A DNA stretch of 64,000 bases from Cytophagales bacterium (lineage in GTDB: Bacteria > Bacteroidota > Bacteroidia > Cytophagales > MED-G16): positions 59,239 through 123,238 of the forward strand of contig JBJLAJ010000011.1 in assembly GCA_045568775.1 (NCBI GenBank), given 5' to 3'. Positions 10,942 through 20,972 of this stretch are shown in pieces. The first letter of the stretch is position 1, and every line of letters starts with the position of its first letter. The notes beneath the pieces were generated by a model. It saw only the letters and a list, made by a program, of their open reading frames with translations. It was not told the DNA's origin and ran no database searches. The translations under genes were made by a program, and so were the position numbers.

Positions 10942-12246
10942 TTAAACACTTCTTCCTTTTATTTTACCTGATTTCATCATACCATCATAATGTCTCATCA
11001 GTAAATAACTTTCTATTTGCTGCAAGGTATCCAATATTACTCCGACCATAATTAGCAAAGATGTTCCACCATAAAACTGAGCAAAACTCTGGTTTACACC
11101 AAACATCATTGCAAAAGCAGGTAGTATTGCTACTACAGCTAAAAGAATAGAACCAGGAAGAGTTATCCTATCCATGACATTAGATATAAAATCCGATGTT
11201 TCAGGACCAGGTTTAATTCCCGGAATAAATCCGTTATTTCTTTTCATATCATCAGCCATTTTATTAGGATTGACTGTAATTGCGGTATAAAAAAATGTAA
11301 ACGCAATTATCAATACTGCAAAGGTTACATTATACAACCAAGACTGCATGTTTGAAAAAGAGGTTGCAATATATTGAAAAAAATCTGAATTTTCAGCAAA
11401 CTGAAGGCCAATTATAGCAGGTAAAAACATCAAAGCCTGTGCAAAAATTATAGGCATAACTCCTGAAGAATTAACCTTTAAAGGAAGATATTGTCTTTTA
11501 CCACCATAAAGGCTACTACCTACGACTTGTTTTGCGTATTGAACTGGAATTCTTCTTATTGCTTGAACAAGCATTACAGTAAACATAACTACTAAAAACA
11601 GCACTCCAATTTCTATTAAAAAGAAGAGAGCCTGGCTCATACCTCTAGATAAAGCTTCGGCAACAATACTTCCAGGGAATCTTGAGATTATACCTATCAT
11701 TATAAGCATTGAAATACCGTTTCCTATACCCTTATCAGTTATCTTTTCTCCAAGCCACATACAGAATATTGTCCCAGAGGTTAAAATCACTAAACTAGAA
11801 ATCGTAAATAAAAACTTATTTTGTACAAGAATAGCCTCTGCAGGTATAGTTCCTGATATATAAGCTGTACTTTGAAATAAACATATTACTATTGTCAAGT
11901 ACCTGGTTATTTGAGTCATTTTTTTTCTTCCGCTATCTCCCTCTTTCTGAAGTTTTTGAAAATATGGTAAAGCCACACCAAGAAGCTGTACTACAATTGA
12001 GGCGGAAATATAAGGCATTATACCTAAAGCAAAAATAGATGCATTACTAAATGCACCACCTAAGAAAGTATCTAAAAGACCAAAAATACCACCTGCACTT
12101 TGTTGTAGCTTTGAAGGATCTATTCCAGGAAGCACAACAAAAGAACCTAATCGAAAGATTATCAAAAAGAATACAGTATTGATAATTCTATCTCTTAGCT
12201 CTTCTATTGAGAAGATATTTTTTATTGTATCAATCAGTTTAATCAT
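10942..12246 (-). CDS. secY: preprotein translocase subunit SecY
   Basis: 434 aa polytopic membrane protein. Contains [12 protein letters not shown] and [10 protein letters not shown]. Sits in the spc operon position. Confidence 0.96.
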   Translation of the reverse strand: MIKLIDTIKNIFSIEELRDRIINTVFFLIIFRLGSFVVLPGIDPSKLQQSAGGIFGLLDTFLGGAFSNASIFALGIMPYISASIVVQLLGVALPYFQKLQKEGDSGRKKMTQITRYLTIVICLFQSTAYISGTIPAEAILVQNKFLFTISSLVILTSGTIFCMWLGEKITDKGIGNGISMLIMIGIISRFPGSIVAEALSRGMSQALFFLIEIGVLFLVVMFTVMLVQAIRRIPVQYAKQVVGSSLYGGKRQYLPLKVNSSGVMPIIFAQALMFLPAIIGLQFAENSDFFQYIATSFSNMQSWLYNVTFAVLIIAFTFFYTAITVNPNKMADDMKRNNGFIPGIKPGPETSDFISNVMDRITLPGSILLAVVAILPAFAMMFGVNQSFAQFYGGTSLLIMVGVILDTLQQIESYLLMRHYDGMMKSGKIKGRSV

Positions 12247-12694
12247 TAATTAATTTCTTAATTTTTCCACCTAATTTCTCAATCTCCTTAACTGCAGAAG
12301 ATGAAAAATAGTGTGAAGTAACATTGACTTTAGCTTTTAGTTTACCTCTACCAAGAACTTTAATAAGATCAGACTTTTTAGCATAACCGTTCTTAATTAA
12401 AAATTCAGGATTAATTTCTTTTACCTTAGATGCTTCACATAGAGTCTGAATAGTATCTAAGTTAATAGGTTTGGTTTCTATCCTATTTGGAGATCTAAAA
12501 CCAAACTTTGGAACTCTCCTATATAATGGCATTTGCCCACCCTCAAATCCGGCTTTTCTTGAATAACCTGATCTTGATTGAGCACCATTATGACCTCTAG
12601 TAGATGTTCCTCCTCTTCCAGAACCTTGACCTCTAGCTATCCTCTTACCTGATTTTGTTGATCCCTCTGCTGGTTTTAAAGTATGTAGTTTCAT
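12239..12694 (-). CDS. rplO: 50S ribosomal protein L15
   Basis: Starts [12 protein letters not shown] and contains GRGGTSTRGHNG and FEGGQMPLYRRVPK. Confidence 0.96.
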   Translation of the reverse strand: MKLHTLKPAEGSTKSGKRIARGQGSGRGGTSTRGHNGAQSRSGYSRKAGFEGGQMPLYRRVPKFGFRSPNRIETKPINLDTIQTLCEASKVKEINPEFLIKNGYAKKSDLIKVLGRGKLKAKVNVTSHYFSSSAVKEIEKLGGKIKKLIND

Positions 12695-12891
12695 TATTTT
12701 AATTCTTTTACTTCAATTAAATGATTTACTTTATTAATCATACCTCTCAATTGAGGTGTCATTATCTTTTCTACAGTTCTATTAATTTTACCTAAACCTA
12801 ATGCAGAAATTGTCTTCTTCTGTCTGGAAGTTTGAGATATTGTACTCTTAACTTGAGTAATAGAAACCTTTATTTTTTTTTCTTTAGCCAT
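12694..12891 (-). CDS. rpmD: 50S ribosomal protein L30
   Basis: 65 aa. Contains [26 protein letters not shown]. Lies between rpsE and rplO. Confidence 0.93.
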   Translation of the reverse strand: MAKEKKIKVSITQVKSTISQTSRQKKTISALGLGKINRTVEKIMTPQLRGMINKVNHLIEVKELK

Positions 12892-13387
12892 TGAATACCT
12901 TTTTTAAACTTACACCTCTCTGCTTAGCAATTGCAAGTGGATCTCGCAACCTAATTAACCCATCAAAAGTTGCTTTCACAACATTATGAGGGTTTGAAGA
13001 ACCTTTAGATTTTGCTAAAACATCTTTAATTCCAGCACTTTCCATTACAGCTCTCATAGCACCACCTGCTATTACACCAGTACCCGGTGAAGCTGGCTTC
13101 ATAAGGACAAATCCTCCACCATATTTACCAAGAATTTCATGCGGAATAGTATTCTTATATACAGGAACATTAATTAGATTTTTCTTAGCATCATCAGTTC
13201 CTTTAATTATAGCATTAGTGACTTCGTTAGCTTTACCTAATCCATAACCAACAACGCCATTTTCATTTCCAACCACTACAATAGCAGAAAAACTAAACCT
13301 TCTACCTCCCTTTACAACCTTAGCTACTCTTTGAATTGAGACAACTTTTTCCTTTAATTCTAAATCACTTGCTTTAATGTTTTTCAT
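12884..13387 (-). CDS. rpsE: 30S ribosomal protein S5
   Basis: Contains [22 protein letters not shown] and [16 protein letters not shown]. Confidence 0.97.
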   Translation of the reverse strand: MKNIKASDLELKEKVVSIQRVAKVVKGGRRFSFSAIVVVGNENGVVGYGLGKANEVTNAIIKGTDDAKKNLINVPVYKNTIPHEILGKYGGGFVLMKPASPGTGVIAGGAMRAVMESAGIKDVLAKSKGSSNPHNVVKATFDGLIRLRDPLAIAKQRGVSLKKVFNG

Positions 13388-13391
13388 ATTA

Positions 13392-13742
13392 TTAAAAAAT
13401 TAATCCTCCTTCTCTTGCTCCTTCAGCAAAAGATTTTATTTTACCATGATATACGTAACCTCCTCTGTCAAAAAGCACTTTTTTGATTCCTTTTTTCTTA
13501 GCTTTTTCAGCTAGTTTAACTCCTACCTCTTTTGAAGATTCTATATTGTTTTTACCAAATTTCTTTATGTCTACAGATGAACAAGAAACTAATGTACTTC
13601 CACTTAGATCATCAATAATCTGAGAGTAAATTGCTTTATTACTCTTAAATACTGAGACTCTAGGTCTTTCCTTTGTCCCTGATATTTTAGATCTAATACT
13701 CTTTCTTATTTTAAGTCTTCTTTTTTCCTTATTTATACTCAT
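13392..13742 (-). CDS. rplR: 50S ribosomal protein L18
   Basis: Contains [20 protein letters not shown] and [24 protein letters not shown]. Confidence 0.96.
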   Translation of the reverse strand: MSINKEKRRLKIRKSIRSKISGTKERPRVSVFKSNKAIYSQIIDDLSGSTLVSCSSVDIKKFGKNNIESSKEVGVKLAEKAKKKGIKKVLFDRGGYVYHGKIKSFAEGAREGGLIF

Positions 13743-13753
13743 AATTTTAAAAT

Positions 13754-14308
13754 TTAGGCAGCAGCAGCAGTTTTACCAACTTTTCTTCTCACATATTCAC
13801 CAACGAACTTAACTCCTTTACCTTTATATGGCTCAACTGGTCTTAAAGATTTCAATTTTGCAGAAATTTGGCCAATAAGCTGTTTATCAATACCATTTAA
13901 AATAATCACAGGAGGTTTTCCTTTCTGGGTTTCAGTAGCTACTTTTAACTCTTCAGGTATCTGAAAATATATATTGTGAGAATAACCAAGGCTTAAATTT
14001 AATAAATTACCTTGATTAGAAGCCTTGTAACCTACACCAACTAATTCTAGTTTATGTTCATACCCTTCTGACACACCATTAATAGCATTATTGATTAAAG
14101 ATCTGTAAAGACCATGAAGTGACTTATGTCTTTTCTGTTCAGATGGCCTACTCACTGTCAATACGTTATCTTCGACTTTTATCTTAAAATCAGGATCAAA
14201 ATTCTGATTAAGTTCACCTTTTGGACCTTTAACATTAACGACGGAGCCATTAACATTTACTGTCACACCTTCTGGAATTGAAATTGGATTTAAACCTATT
14301 CTAGACAT
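13754..14308 (-). CDS. rplF: 50S ribosomal protein L6
   Basis: Starts MSRIGLNPISIP and contains EPYKGKGVKFVGE. Confidence 0.96.
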   Translation of the reverse strand: MSRIGLNPISIPEGVTVNVNGSVVNVKGPKGELNQNFDPDFKIKVEDNVLTVSRPSEQKRHKSLHGLYRSLINNAINGVSEGYEHKLELVGVGYKASNQGNLLNLSLGYSHNIYFQIPEELKVATETQKGKPPVIILNGIDKQLIGQISAKLKSLRPVEPYKGKGVKFVGEYVRRKVGKTAAAA

Positions 14309-14317
14309 ATCATTTAA

Positions 14318-14716
14318 TTAATAAACATAACATAAAACTTCTCCACCTATTTTTAATTTCTTAGCCTCTTTATCAGTTATAACACCTTTAGAGGTAGATA
14401 AAATTGCTATTCCAAGCCCATTAATTACCCTAGGTAAATTTTCAGAGTTGACATACTTTCTTAAACCAGGCTTGCTGACTCTTGAAATTTTCTCAATAGC
14501 TGATAGATTTGTTCTTGGATTATATTTTAGAGCAATTTTAATAGTTCCTTGTGGACCTTTATCCTCTAACTTATAATTAGTTATAAAACCCTTATCATGA
14601 AGGACCTTTGTAATTTCTTTTTTAATATTTGATGCAGGAATCTCAACAATCCTTTTATTTGCTGTTATAGCGTTTCTTATTCTTGTTAAAAAGTCTGCAA
14701 TTGTATCAGTATTCAT
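14318..14716 (-). CDS. rpsH: 30S ribosomal protein S8
   Basis: Contains DTIADFLTRIRNA and GIAILSTSKGVITDKEAKKLKIGGEVLCYVY. Confidence 0.97.
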   Translation of the reverse strand: MNTDTIADFLTRIRNAITANKRIVEIPASNIKKEITKVLHDKGFITNYKLEDKGPQGTIKIALKYNPRTNLSAIEKISRVSKPGLRKYVNSENLPRVINGLGIAILSTSKGVITDKEAKKLKIGGEVLCYVY

Positions 14717-14762
14717 ATTTTTTTTTTAAAAAGCTTGCAAATTTAATCATTTAAAGTAAAAG

Positions 14763-15032
14763 TTACCAACTAGCTTTAGTTATACCAGGTATCTTACCCT
14801 CAGAAGCCATCTTTCTAAATTCTAGTCTAGATATACCAAACTTTCTCATATAACCTTTTGGCCTACCGGATAAGCTACACCTATTATGTAGTCTAACAGA
14901 AGATGAGTTTCTTGGGAGTTTATCAAGTCCTTCCCAGTCACCTTTAGCTTTAAGCTCCGCCCTTTTGGCAGCGAGCTTTTCAACAAGCTTTCTTCTTTTT
15001 AGATCTCTAACTTTAACTGCGTTTTTTGCCAT
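14763..15032 (-). CDS. rpsN: 30S ribosomal protein S14 (long, non-Zn form)
   Basis: 89 aa. Contains [27 protein letters not shown] and ends ASW. Confidence 0.95.
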   Translation of the reverse strand: MAKNAVKVRDLKRRKLVEKLAAKRAELKAKGDWEGLDKLPRNSSSVRLHNRCSLSGRPKGYMRKFGISRLEFRKMASEGKIPGITKASW

Positions 15033-15041
15033 AATTTAAAT

Positions 15042-15593
15042 TTAATTTTTTGAGATGAAAGGCATACCAAAAGCCTTTAACAACTCATAACTTTCTTTAT
15101 CAGTATTTGAATCAATAACTATTGTGATATTCATTCCTGTTACCTTATTTATTTTATCTATACTTATCTCCGGAAAGATAATCTGCTCTTTTACTCCTAA
15201 TGTGTAGTTACCATTTCCATCAAAACCCTTATTATTTAGACCTCTGAAATCTCGTACTCTAGGAAGAGATACAGATATTAATCTATCCAAAAATTCATAC
15301 ATCATATCCCCTCTTAAAGTAACTTTTACTCCAATTGGAAGATCCTCTCTCAACTTAAAGTTTGATATGGACTTCTTAGCTTTTGTAGCTACAGCCTTCT
15401 GTCCAGTTATTAATGTAAGTTCATCAACACCAGCTTGAATTAATTTTTTATCATTCACTGCAGCACCTAATCCTTGGTTAATTGAAATCTTTTTAATCTT
15501 TGGAACCTGCATAATAGATTTATATTGAAGTTTTTCCATTAGAGCTGGAGAAATTTCATCAATATATTTTTTCTTTAATCTTGGAAATCCCAT
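15042..15593 (-). CDS. rplE: 50S ribosomal protein L5
   Basis: Contains [42 protein letters not shown] and DGNGNYTLG. Confidence 0.97.
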   Translation of the reverse strand: MGFPRLKKKYIDEISPALMEKLQYKSIMQVPKIKKISINQGLGAAVNDKKLIQAGVDELTLITGQKAVATKAKKSISNFKLREDLPIGVKVTLRGDMMYEFLDRLISVSLPRVRDFRGLNNKGFDGNGNYTLGVKEQIIFPEISIDKINKVTGMNITIVIDSNTDKESYELLKAFGMPFISKN

Positions 15594-15595
15594 TA

Positions 15596-15910
15596 TTATA
15601 TTATTTTATTAGTTTTTTTCGATAATCTATCGATTTTACCTTCTTTGTTTCTTTTCCTGTAAATCTTTGTTGGTTTACCATCAGCAGGATCGACTAACAT
15701 GAGATTACTTATATGGATTGGTGATTCTTGTTTTTCAATACCTCCTTTTGGGTTATCAGCTGAAGGTTTTATATGTTTAGTTGAAAGATTAAGACCCTCA
15801 ACAATTGCTTTATACTTAGATGGAAATACAGTAAGAACTTTTGCAGACTTACCTTTATCATTCCCAGATAAAATATGAACTGTATCTCCTTTTTTAATAT
15901 GTATTTTCAT
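15596..15910 (-). CDS. rplX: 50S ribosomal protein L24
   Basis: Starts [21 protein letters not shown] (KOW motif). Sits in the spc operon position. Confidence 0.95.
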   Translation of the reverse strand: MKIHIKKGDTVHILSGNDKGKSAKVLTVFPSKYKAIVEGLNLSTKHIKPSADNPKGGIEKQESPIHISNLMLVDPADGKPTKIYRKRNKEGKIDRLSKKTNKII

Positions 15911-15920
15911 ATATATATAT

Positions 15921-16289
15921 TTATAGTACCTCAGGTGCTAGTGAAAGTATTTTCATAAAGTTTTTTTCTCTAAGCTCTCTTGCAACAGGACCAAATACCC
16001 TAGTACCTTTTAATTCATCATTTTCATTTAATAAAATTGCTGCATTATCTTCAAATCTTATATAAGAACCATCTCTTCTTCTAACTTCTTTTTTTGTTCT
16101 CACAACAACAGCCCTTGTAACTGCTCCCTTTTTGACAGAACTTGAAGGTATAGCATGTTTTACAGAGACAACAATCTTATCTCCAACTGAGGCATATCTT
16201 TTCTTTGTACCACCAAGCACTCTGATGCAAAGTACCTCCTTAGCACCACTATTATCAGCAACTTTTAATCTACTTTCTTGTTGTATCAT
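15921..16289 (-). CDS. rplN: 50S ribosomal protein L14
   Basis: Starts [27 protein letters not shown]. Confidence 0.98.
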   Translation of the reverse strand: MIQQESRLKVADNSGAKEVLCIRVLGGTKKRYASVGDKIVVSVKHAIPSSSVKKGAVTRAVVVRTKKEVRRRDGSYIRFEDNAAILLNENDELKGTRVFGPVARELREKNFMKILSLAPEVL

Positions 16290-16291
16290 AA

Positions 16292-16546
16292 CTATTTTAC
16301 TTTTTCAACTATTTTAGTTAATCTCCACCTCTTATTCTTACTTATAGGTCTAGTCTCCATTACCCTAACCAAATCACCAATATCACATTGGTTTTTTTCG
16401 TCATGAGCAGTAAGTTTTGATGATTTCTTAACAAATTTACCATAAATAGGGTGCTTAACTCTTCTCTGTACTTCAACTGTAATAGTCTTATCCATTTTAT
16501 TACTAGTAACTATTCCCTCTCTCTGTTTTCTTAAGTTTCTTTCCAT
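16292..16546 (-). CDS. rpsQ: 30S ribosomal protein S17
   Basis: Contains [30 protein letters not shown] and AHDE. Confidence 0.96.
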   Translation of the reverse strand: MERNLRKQREGIVTSNKMDKTITVEVQRRVKHPIYGKFVKKSSKLTAHDEKNQCDIGDLVRVMETRPISKNKRWRLTKIVEKVK

Positions 16547-16550
16547 ATCA

Positions 16551-16745
16551 TTAAGCTTTTAATGCCTTATTATTTATTTCTGTTTTAATTCTTGCTACAA
16601 ATCTTCTTGCAACTTTAATTCTCATAGGATTTTCAATAGGAGTAGCTGCATGTGAGAAAATTAACTTTTCAAGATTTTCTTTCTCAACAACTAACTTCTT
16701 TTGAAGTTCTTCAACCGATAAAGCTCTTAATTCCGAATTTTTCAT
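16551..16745 (-). CDS. rpmC: 50S ribosomal protein L29
   Basis: 64 aa. Contains [14 protein letters not shown]. Lies between rplP and rpsQ. Confidence 0.93.
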   Translation of the reverse strand: MKNSELRALSVEELQKKLVVEKENLEKLIFSHAATPIENPMRIKVARRFVARIKTEINNKALKA

Positions 16746-16746
16746 G

Positions 16747-17166
16747 TTATTCTGCGTAATCTCTTCTAGTTACAAATTTTGTTCTAACTGGTAATTTCTG
16801 TGCAGCTAATCTCAAGGCCTCTTTAGCTTCAGCAATAGTTACACCACCAACCTCGAACATTATTGTTCCAGGTTTAACTACGGCAACCCAATACTCAGGA
16901 GCACCTTTACCCTTACCCATCCTTACCTCTGCAGGTTTTTTTGTGATTGGCTTATCAGGAAAAATTCTTATCCACACTTGACCTTCACGTTTCATTTTTC
17001 TAGTTACAGCAATTCTAGCAGCTTCTATTTGTCTTGAAGTAATCCAGCCAGCCTCTAAAGATTTTGTTCCAAAAGACCCAAAACTTATAGTATGACCTCT
17101 CTGAGCAATACCTTTTACTCGACCTTTCTGCTTTTTCCTAAATTTTGTTCTTTTTGGTTGTAACAT
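16747..17166 (-). CDS. rplP: 50S ribosomal protein L16
   Basis: Starts [11 protein letters not shown] and contains [19 protein letters not shown]. Confidence 0.98.
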   Translation of the reverse strand: MLQPKRTKFRKKQKGRVKGIAQRGHTISFGSFGTKSLEAGWITSRQIEAARIAVTRKMKREGQVWIRIFPDKPITKKPAEVRMGKGKGAPEYWVAVVKPGTIMFEVGGVTIAEAKEALRLAAQKLPVRTKFVTRRDYAE

Positions 17167-17176
17167 TTTTCTTTAA

Positions 17177-17851
17177 TTAAGCTTTAAAAGTATTTTTACT
17201 TCCAACATTTAAGGATAGGCTTCTTTTCCCAACAACTTCACCCTTATATACCCATACCTTAACACCAATTTTACCGTAAATAGTCTGAGACTCACAAATT
17301 GCGTAATCAATATCAGCTCTAATTGTGTGTAATGGAGTTTGTCCCTCTTTGTATTGTTCGGATCTAGCCATCTCAGCTCCTCCAATTCTACCTGAGACTT
17401 TAACTTTAATTCCTTTAGCTCCTACTCTCATTGCAGATGCTATGGCTTGCTTCATAGCTCTTCTGTGTGATATTCTAGCTCTCAACTGCTGAGCAATTGA
17501 ATCACCAATTAGTTTTGCATCTATTTCTGGTCTCTTTATTTCAAAAATATTGATTTGGATATCTTTTCCAGTAATTTTTTTTAGCTCATTTTTAAGTTTA
17601 TCAACTTCAGAGCCTCCTTTACCAATAATAATACCAGGTCTAGCAGTATGAATGGTAATTTCTAGCATTTTCATTGTTCGCTCAATAACAACTTTAGAAA
17701 TACCACCTCTAGGTATTCTGAGACTTATATAGTTTCTTATCTTATGATCTTCAACGATTTTTTCAGAGAAATTTTTTCCTCCGAACCAGCTAGATTCCCA
17801 ACCTTTAATGATTCCTAATCTTAAACCTATTGGATTAATTTTTTGTCCCAT
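17177..17851 (-). CDS. rpsC: 30S ribosomal protein S3
   Basis: Starts [14 protein letters not shown] and contains [10 protein letters not shown] (KH domain) and [12 protein letters not shown]. Confidence 0.97.
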   Translation of the reverse strand: MGQKINPIGLRLGIIKGWESSWFGGKNFSEKIVEDHKIRNYISLRIPRGGISKVVIERTMKMLEITIHTARPGIIIGKGGSEVDKLKNELKKITGKDIQINIFEIKRPEIDAKLIGDSIAQQLRARISHRRAMKQAIASAMRVGAKGIKVKVSGRIGGAEMARSEQYKEGQTPLHTIRADIDYAICESQTIYGKIGVKVWVYKGEVVGKRSLSLNVGSKNTFKA

Positions 17852-18209
17852 CTTTTTTATTTTGTTTATTTAAGCTATCTAATACAATTGTAACATGATT
17901 AGATCTCTTTCTAATTCTATGAGCTCTACCTTGTGGTGCAGGTCTCAATCTCTTTATCATCTTACCACCATCTACAAAAATTTCTTTGATAAATAGCTCT
18001 GCATCCTCAATTTTCTGATCTTTATTTTTTTCTTGCCAGTTAGAAATAGCAGAAAGCAATAGCTTTTCCATTCTCTTGGATGCAATTTTAGAATCAAACT
18101 TTAAAGTATTTAATGCTAAGTCAACGCCCATACCTCTGATAAGGTCAGCTATTAATCTCATTTTTCTTGTAGATGTCGGGACGTTTTTAAGTTTTGCTAT
18201 TGCCTCCAT
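17835..18209 (-). CDS. rplV: 50S ribosomal protein L22
   Basis: Contains [16 protein letters not shown] and [21 protein letters not shown]. Confidence 0.96.
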   Translation of the reverse strand: MEAIAKLKNVPTSTRKMRLIADLIRGMGVDLALNTLKFDSKIASKRMEKLLLSAISNWQEKNKDQKIEDAELFIKEIFVDGGKMIKRLRPAPQGRAHRIRKRSNHVTIVLDSLNKQNKKDGTKN

Positions 18210-18478
18210 TATTTATTCTTTTTATTGATATGTCCCCTAAAGTTTCTAGTAGGAGAAAACTCTCCTAATTTATGGCCTACCATATTTTCAGTGACATACA
18301 CTGGAATGAACTTATTTCCATTATGGACAGCAAAAGTATGTCCAACAAAATCAGGAGATATCATAGATCTTCTTGACCATGTTTTAATAACACCTTTGTT
18401 ACCTTTGTCATTAGCATCTTCAATCTTTTTTCTAAGTCTGAAATCAATATATGGTCCTTTTTTTAATGATCTAGCCAT
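18209..18478 (-). CDS. rpsS: 30S ribosomal protein S19
   Basis: Starts [12 protein letters not shown] and contains [23 protein letters not shown]. Confidence 0.98.
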   Translation of the reverse strand: MARSLKKGPYIDFRLRKKIEDANDKGNKGVIKTWSRRSMISPDFVGHTFAVHNGNKFIPVYVTENMVGHKLGEFSPTRNFRGHINKKNK

Positions 18479-18481
18479 TTT

Positions 18482-19300
18482 CTACTTTCTTTTTTTAACA
18501 ATAAGTTTATCTGAATATTTATTTTTCTTTCTAGTCTTGAGACCCTTACTGTAAAGGCCATTTCTAGATCTAGGGTGACCTCCACTAGCTTTTCCTTCAC
18601 CACCACCCATAGGATGATCTACAGGATTCATAGCTACAGCTCTAACTCTTGGTCTTTTACCTAACCACCTATTTCTACCTGCTTTTCCTAGTCTTGTATT
18701 CATATGGTCAGAATTTGATACAGCACCGATTGTAGCTCTGCAAGTTAGGAGAACCAATCTCATTTCTCCAGATGGTAATTTTAAAGTTGCATATTTACCT
18801 TCTTTTGCAACAAGCTGTATATACGAACCCGCACTGCGTGCCATTGCAGCACCTTTCATTGGGAATAATTCTACGTTATGAATTATTGTTCCTAAAGGGA
18901 TACTTTCCAAGCTCAAACAATTTCCAACTTCAATTGGAGAAGAATTACCAGATATAACTTTATTACCTACTTTGAGACCATTTGGGGCAATAATATAACT
19001 TTTTTCACCATCAACATATGATATTAAAGCAATATTGGCCGATCTATTTGGATCGTATTCAATAGATTTTACTGAAGCTTCAATATCATCTTTGATTCTT
19101 TTGAAATCAATAAGTCTCATTTTTCTTTTATGACCTCCACCAATATTTCTAACGGTCATTTTACCACTACTATTTCTACCTCCAGATTTTTTAAGTGATT
19201 TTAAAAGTGACTTTTCCGGAGAAGTTGAAGTTATATCATCAAAAGAAGGGGCAATTCTAAATCTAAGACCTGGAGTAACTGGTTTAATTTTTTTTGACAT
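18482..19300 (-). CDS. rplB: 50S ribosomal protein L2
   Basis: 272 aa. Contains [15 protein letters not shown] and [18 protein letters not shown]-like [23 protein letters not shown]. Confidence 0.98.
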   Translation of the reverse strand: MSKKIKPVTPGLRFRIAPSFDDITSTSPEKSLLKSLKKSGGRNSSGKMTVRNIGGGHKRKMRLIDFKRIKDDIEASVKSIEYDPNRSANIALISYVDGEKSYIIAPNGLKVGNKVISGNSSPIEVGNCLSLESIPLGTIIHNVELFPMKGAAMARSAGSYIQLVAKEGKYATLKLPSGEMRLVLLTCRATIGAVSNSDHMNTRLGKAGRNRWLGKRPRVRAVAMNPVDHPMGGGEGKASGGHPRSRNGLYSKGLKTRKKNKYSDKLIVKKRK

Positions 19301-19310
19301 CTCTTAAAAT

Positions 19311-19598
19311 TTAAATTTGTGAGTAGAAATCAATGAACTCACCTTCTTTTAATTGAACAATAGCTTTTTTATATGACGGTTTTCTTCCGCTAACTATACC
19401 TGTCTTTGTAAACTTAGATGTTGATTTACCCAAGACATTTATAGTATTAACACTGACAACATTAACATCATAAGTTTTTTCGACAGCTTTTTTTACCTGA
19501 ACCTTATTAGCCTTTGTGTCAACAATAAAGGAAAACTTCCCCTTATCATTAGATGAGGTAGCCTTTTCAGTAAGAATTGGTTTTATGAGTATTGCCAT
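19311..19598 (-). CDS. rplW: 50S ribosomal protein L23
   Basis: 95 aa. Contains KPILTEKA and KKAVEKTYDVNVVSVNT. Lies between rplD and rplB. Confidence 0.95.
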   Translation of the reverse strand: MAILIKPILTEKATSSNDKGKFSFIVDTKANKVQVKKAVEKTYDVNVVSVNTINVLGKSTSKFTKTGIVSGRKPSYKKAIVQLKEGEFIDFYSQI

Positions 19599-19599
19599 T

Positions 19600-20226
19600 T
19601 TACTTTAAAATTTCATTTAATTTTTTAATAGAATCCTCTACAAATAATACACTATCAGCATTGACTATATCATAAGTGTTGATATCATCAACTTTTTTAA
19701 CAATTGCATTTTTCAAATTATTAGTGGATAACACAATATTTTTATTACTTTCAGAAGTTAAGAGTAATGATTTTTTATTTTCAATTGAAAAGTTTGAAAG
19801 AATACTAACGTAATCTTTTGTCTTTGGGGATTTTAAATCAAAATTTTCCAAGATAACAACTGACTTCTCTTTTATCTTATGAGAAAGAGCAGACTTTCTA
19901 GCTAAATCTTTTACTTTTCTGTTTATTTTATTTTTATATTCTCTAGGTTGTGGTCCAAAGATTTGACCTCCACCTTTGAATAATGGAGATTTTATACTCC
20001 CAGCTCTTGCAGTACCTGTCCCCTTTTGCTTCTTAATTTTCCTTGTAGAACCTACAATTTCAGACCTACCTTTTACCTTACTATTACCTTGTCTCTGATT
20101 AGCTAAATAACTTTTTACATCAAGATATATGGCATGATCATTTGGTTCAATAGAGAAAATTTTATCAGATAAAGTAATCTTTTTTCCACTTGTTTTCCCT
20201 GAAATTTTATTTATATCTATTTTCAT
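19600..20226 (-). CDS. rplD: 50S ribosomal protein L4
   Basis: 208 aa. Contains KQKGTGTARAGSIKSPLFKGGGQIFGPQPR. Confidence 0.96.
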   Translation of the reverse strand: MKIDINKISGKTSGKKITLSDKIFSIEPNDHAIYLDVKSYLANQRQGNSKVKGRSEIVGSTRKIKKQKGTGTARAGSIKSPLFKGGGQIFGPQPREYKNKINRKVKDLARKSALSHKIKEKSVVILENFDLKSPKTKDYVSILSNFSIENKKSLLLTSESNKNIVLSTNNLKNAIVKKVDDINTYDIVNADSVLFVEDSIKKLNEILK

Positions 20227-20233
20227 TAGTTTA

Positions 20234-20866
20234 TTAATTTGATAAAACTACATATGAGTTCTTAGATCCAGGAACAGATCCGCCAACGTAAATTAAATTT
20301 TCATTTTTATCAATCTTTAAAATCCTAAGGTTTTGCATTGTTACTTTATCACCACCTGTTCTACCAGCCATCCTCATTCCTTTAAAAACTCTAGAAGGTG
20401 TTGAACCTGCACCAATCGAACCAGGAGCTCTATTCCTGTTATGTTGACCATGTGTATTTTGACCAACACCTGAGAAATTATGTCTTTTCACTACACCTTG
20501 AAATCCTTTTCCTTTAGAAATTGAGGTGACATCAAGAAACTCATTTTCGTTAAAAACATCCGCAAGTTTTACTTCCATACCCAATTTGACCTTACTATCA
20601 AACTCTTTCCTAAAATTTCTAAACTCAACTATCTTCTTTTTAGGTTCTACATTAGAAACCGCAAAATGTCCTTTAGTAGACTTATTAACCTTACTAGACT
20701 TTAAATCATCATAAGATAACTGAATTGCCCTATACCCATCCTTGTCTCTATCTTTGATTTGAGTAACAAAACAAGGCCCTGCTTCAATTACAGTACATCC
20801 CACACTTCTACCCCTAACGTCAAAAACGTTTGTCATACCTAATTTTTTTCCTATAATTCCTGACAT
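20234..20866 (-). CDS. rplC: 50S ribosomal protein L3
   Basis: Starts MSGIIGKKLGMTNVF and contains GKGFQGVVKRHNFSG. Confidence 0.97.
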   Translation of the reverse strand: MSGIIGKKLGMTNVFDVRGRSVGCTVIEAGPCFVTQIKDRDKDGYRAIQLSYDDLKSSKVNKSTKGHFAVSNVEPKKKIVEFRNFRKEFDSKVKLGMEVKLADVFNENEFLDVTSISKGKGFQGVVKRHNFSGVGQNTHGQHNRNRAPGSIGAGSTPSRVFKGMRMAGRTGGDKVTMQNLRILKIDKNENLIYVGGSVPGSKNSYVVLSN

Positions 20867-20896
20867 TTTGTATATATTCTTTACCTAAAATGTGTG

Positions 20897-20927
20897 CAAA
20901 GATAACAATTTAAGATATCCTGTCAAA
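20897..20927 (-). promoter_or_regulatory. candidate Bacteroidetes sigma-A promoter upstream of rplC (-33 TTTG / 19 nt / -7 TATCTTTG)
   Basis: Minus strand reads TTTGacaggatatcttaaattgtTATCTTTG. The G of the -7 box lies 30 nt upstream of the rplC ATG. This matches the published Bacteroides/Flavobacterium consensus TTTG-N19-21-TAnnTTTG. Confidence 0.45.
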
Positions 20928-20972
20928 TAATAGAAAAGTTATTTTTTAATAAAAAATGGACAAATAATTCTA

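Noticed and set aside
20941-20957. A/T-only palindromes (ATTTTTTAaTAAAAAAT here; GGTTTTTTaacAAAAAACC at 60846-60864) as terminators or operators
   Set aside because: Stems made almost only of A-T pairs arise easily by chance in DNA this AT-rich and would be thermodynamically weak. They are noted only as context.
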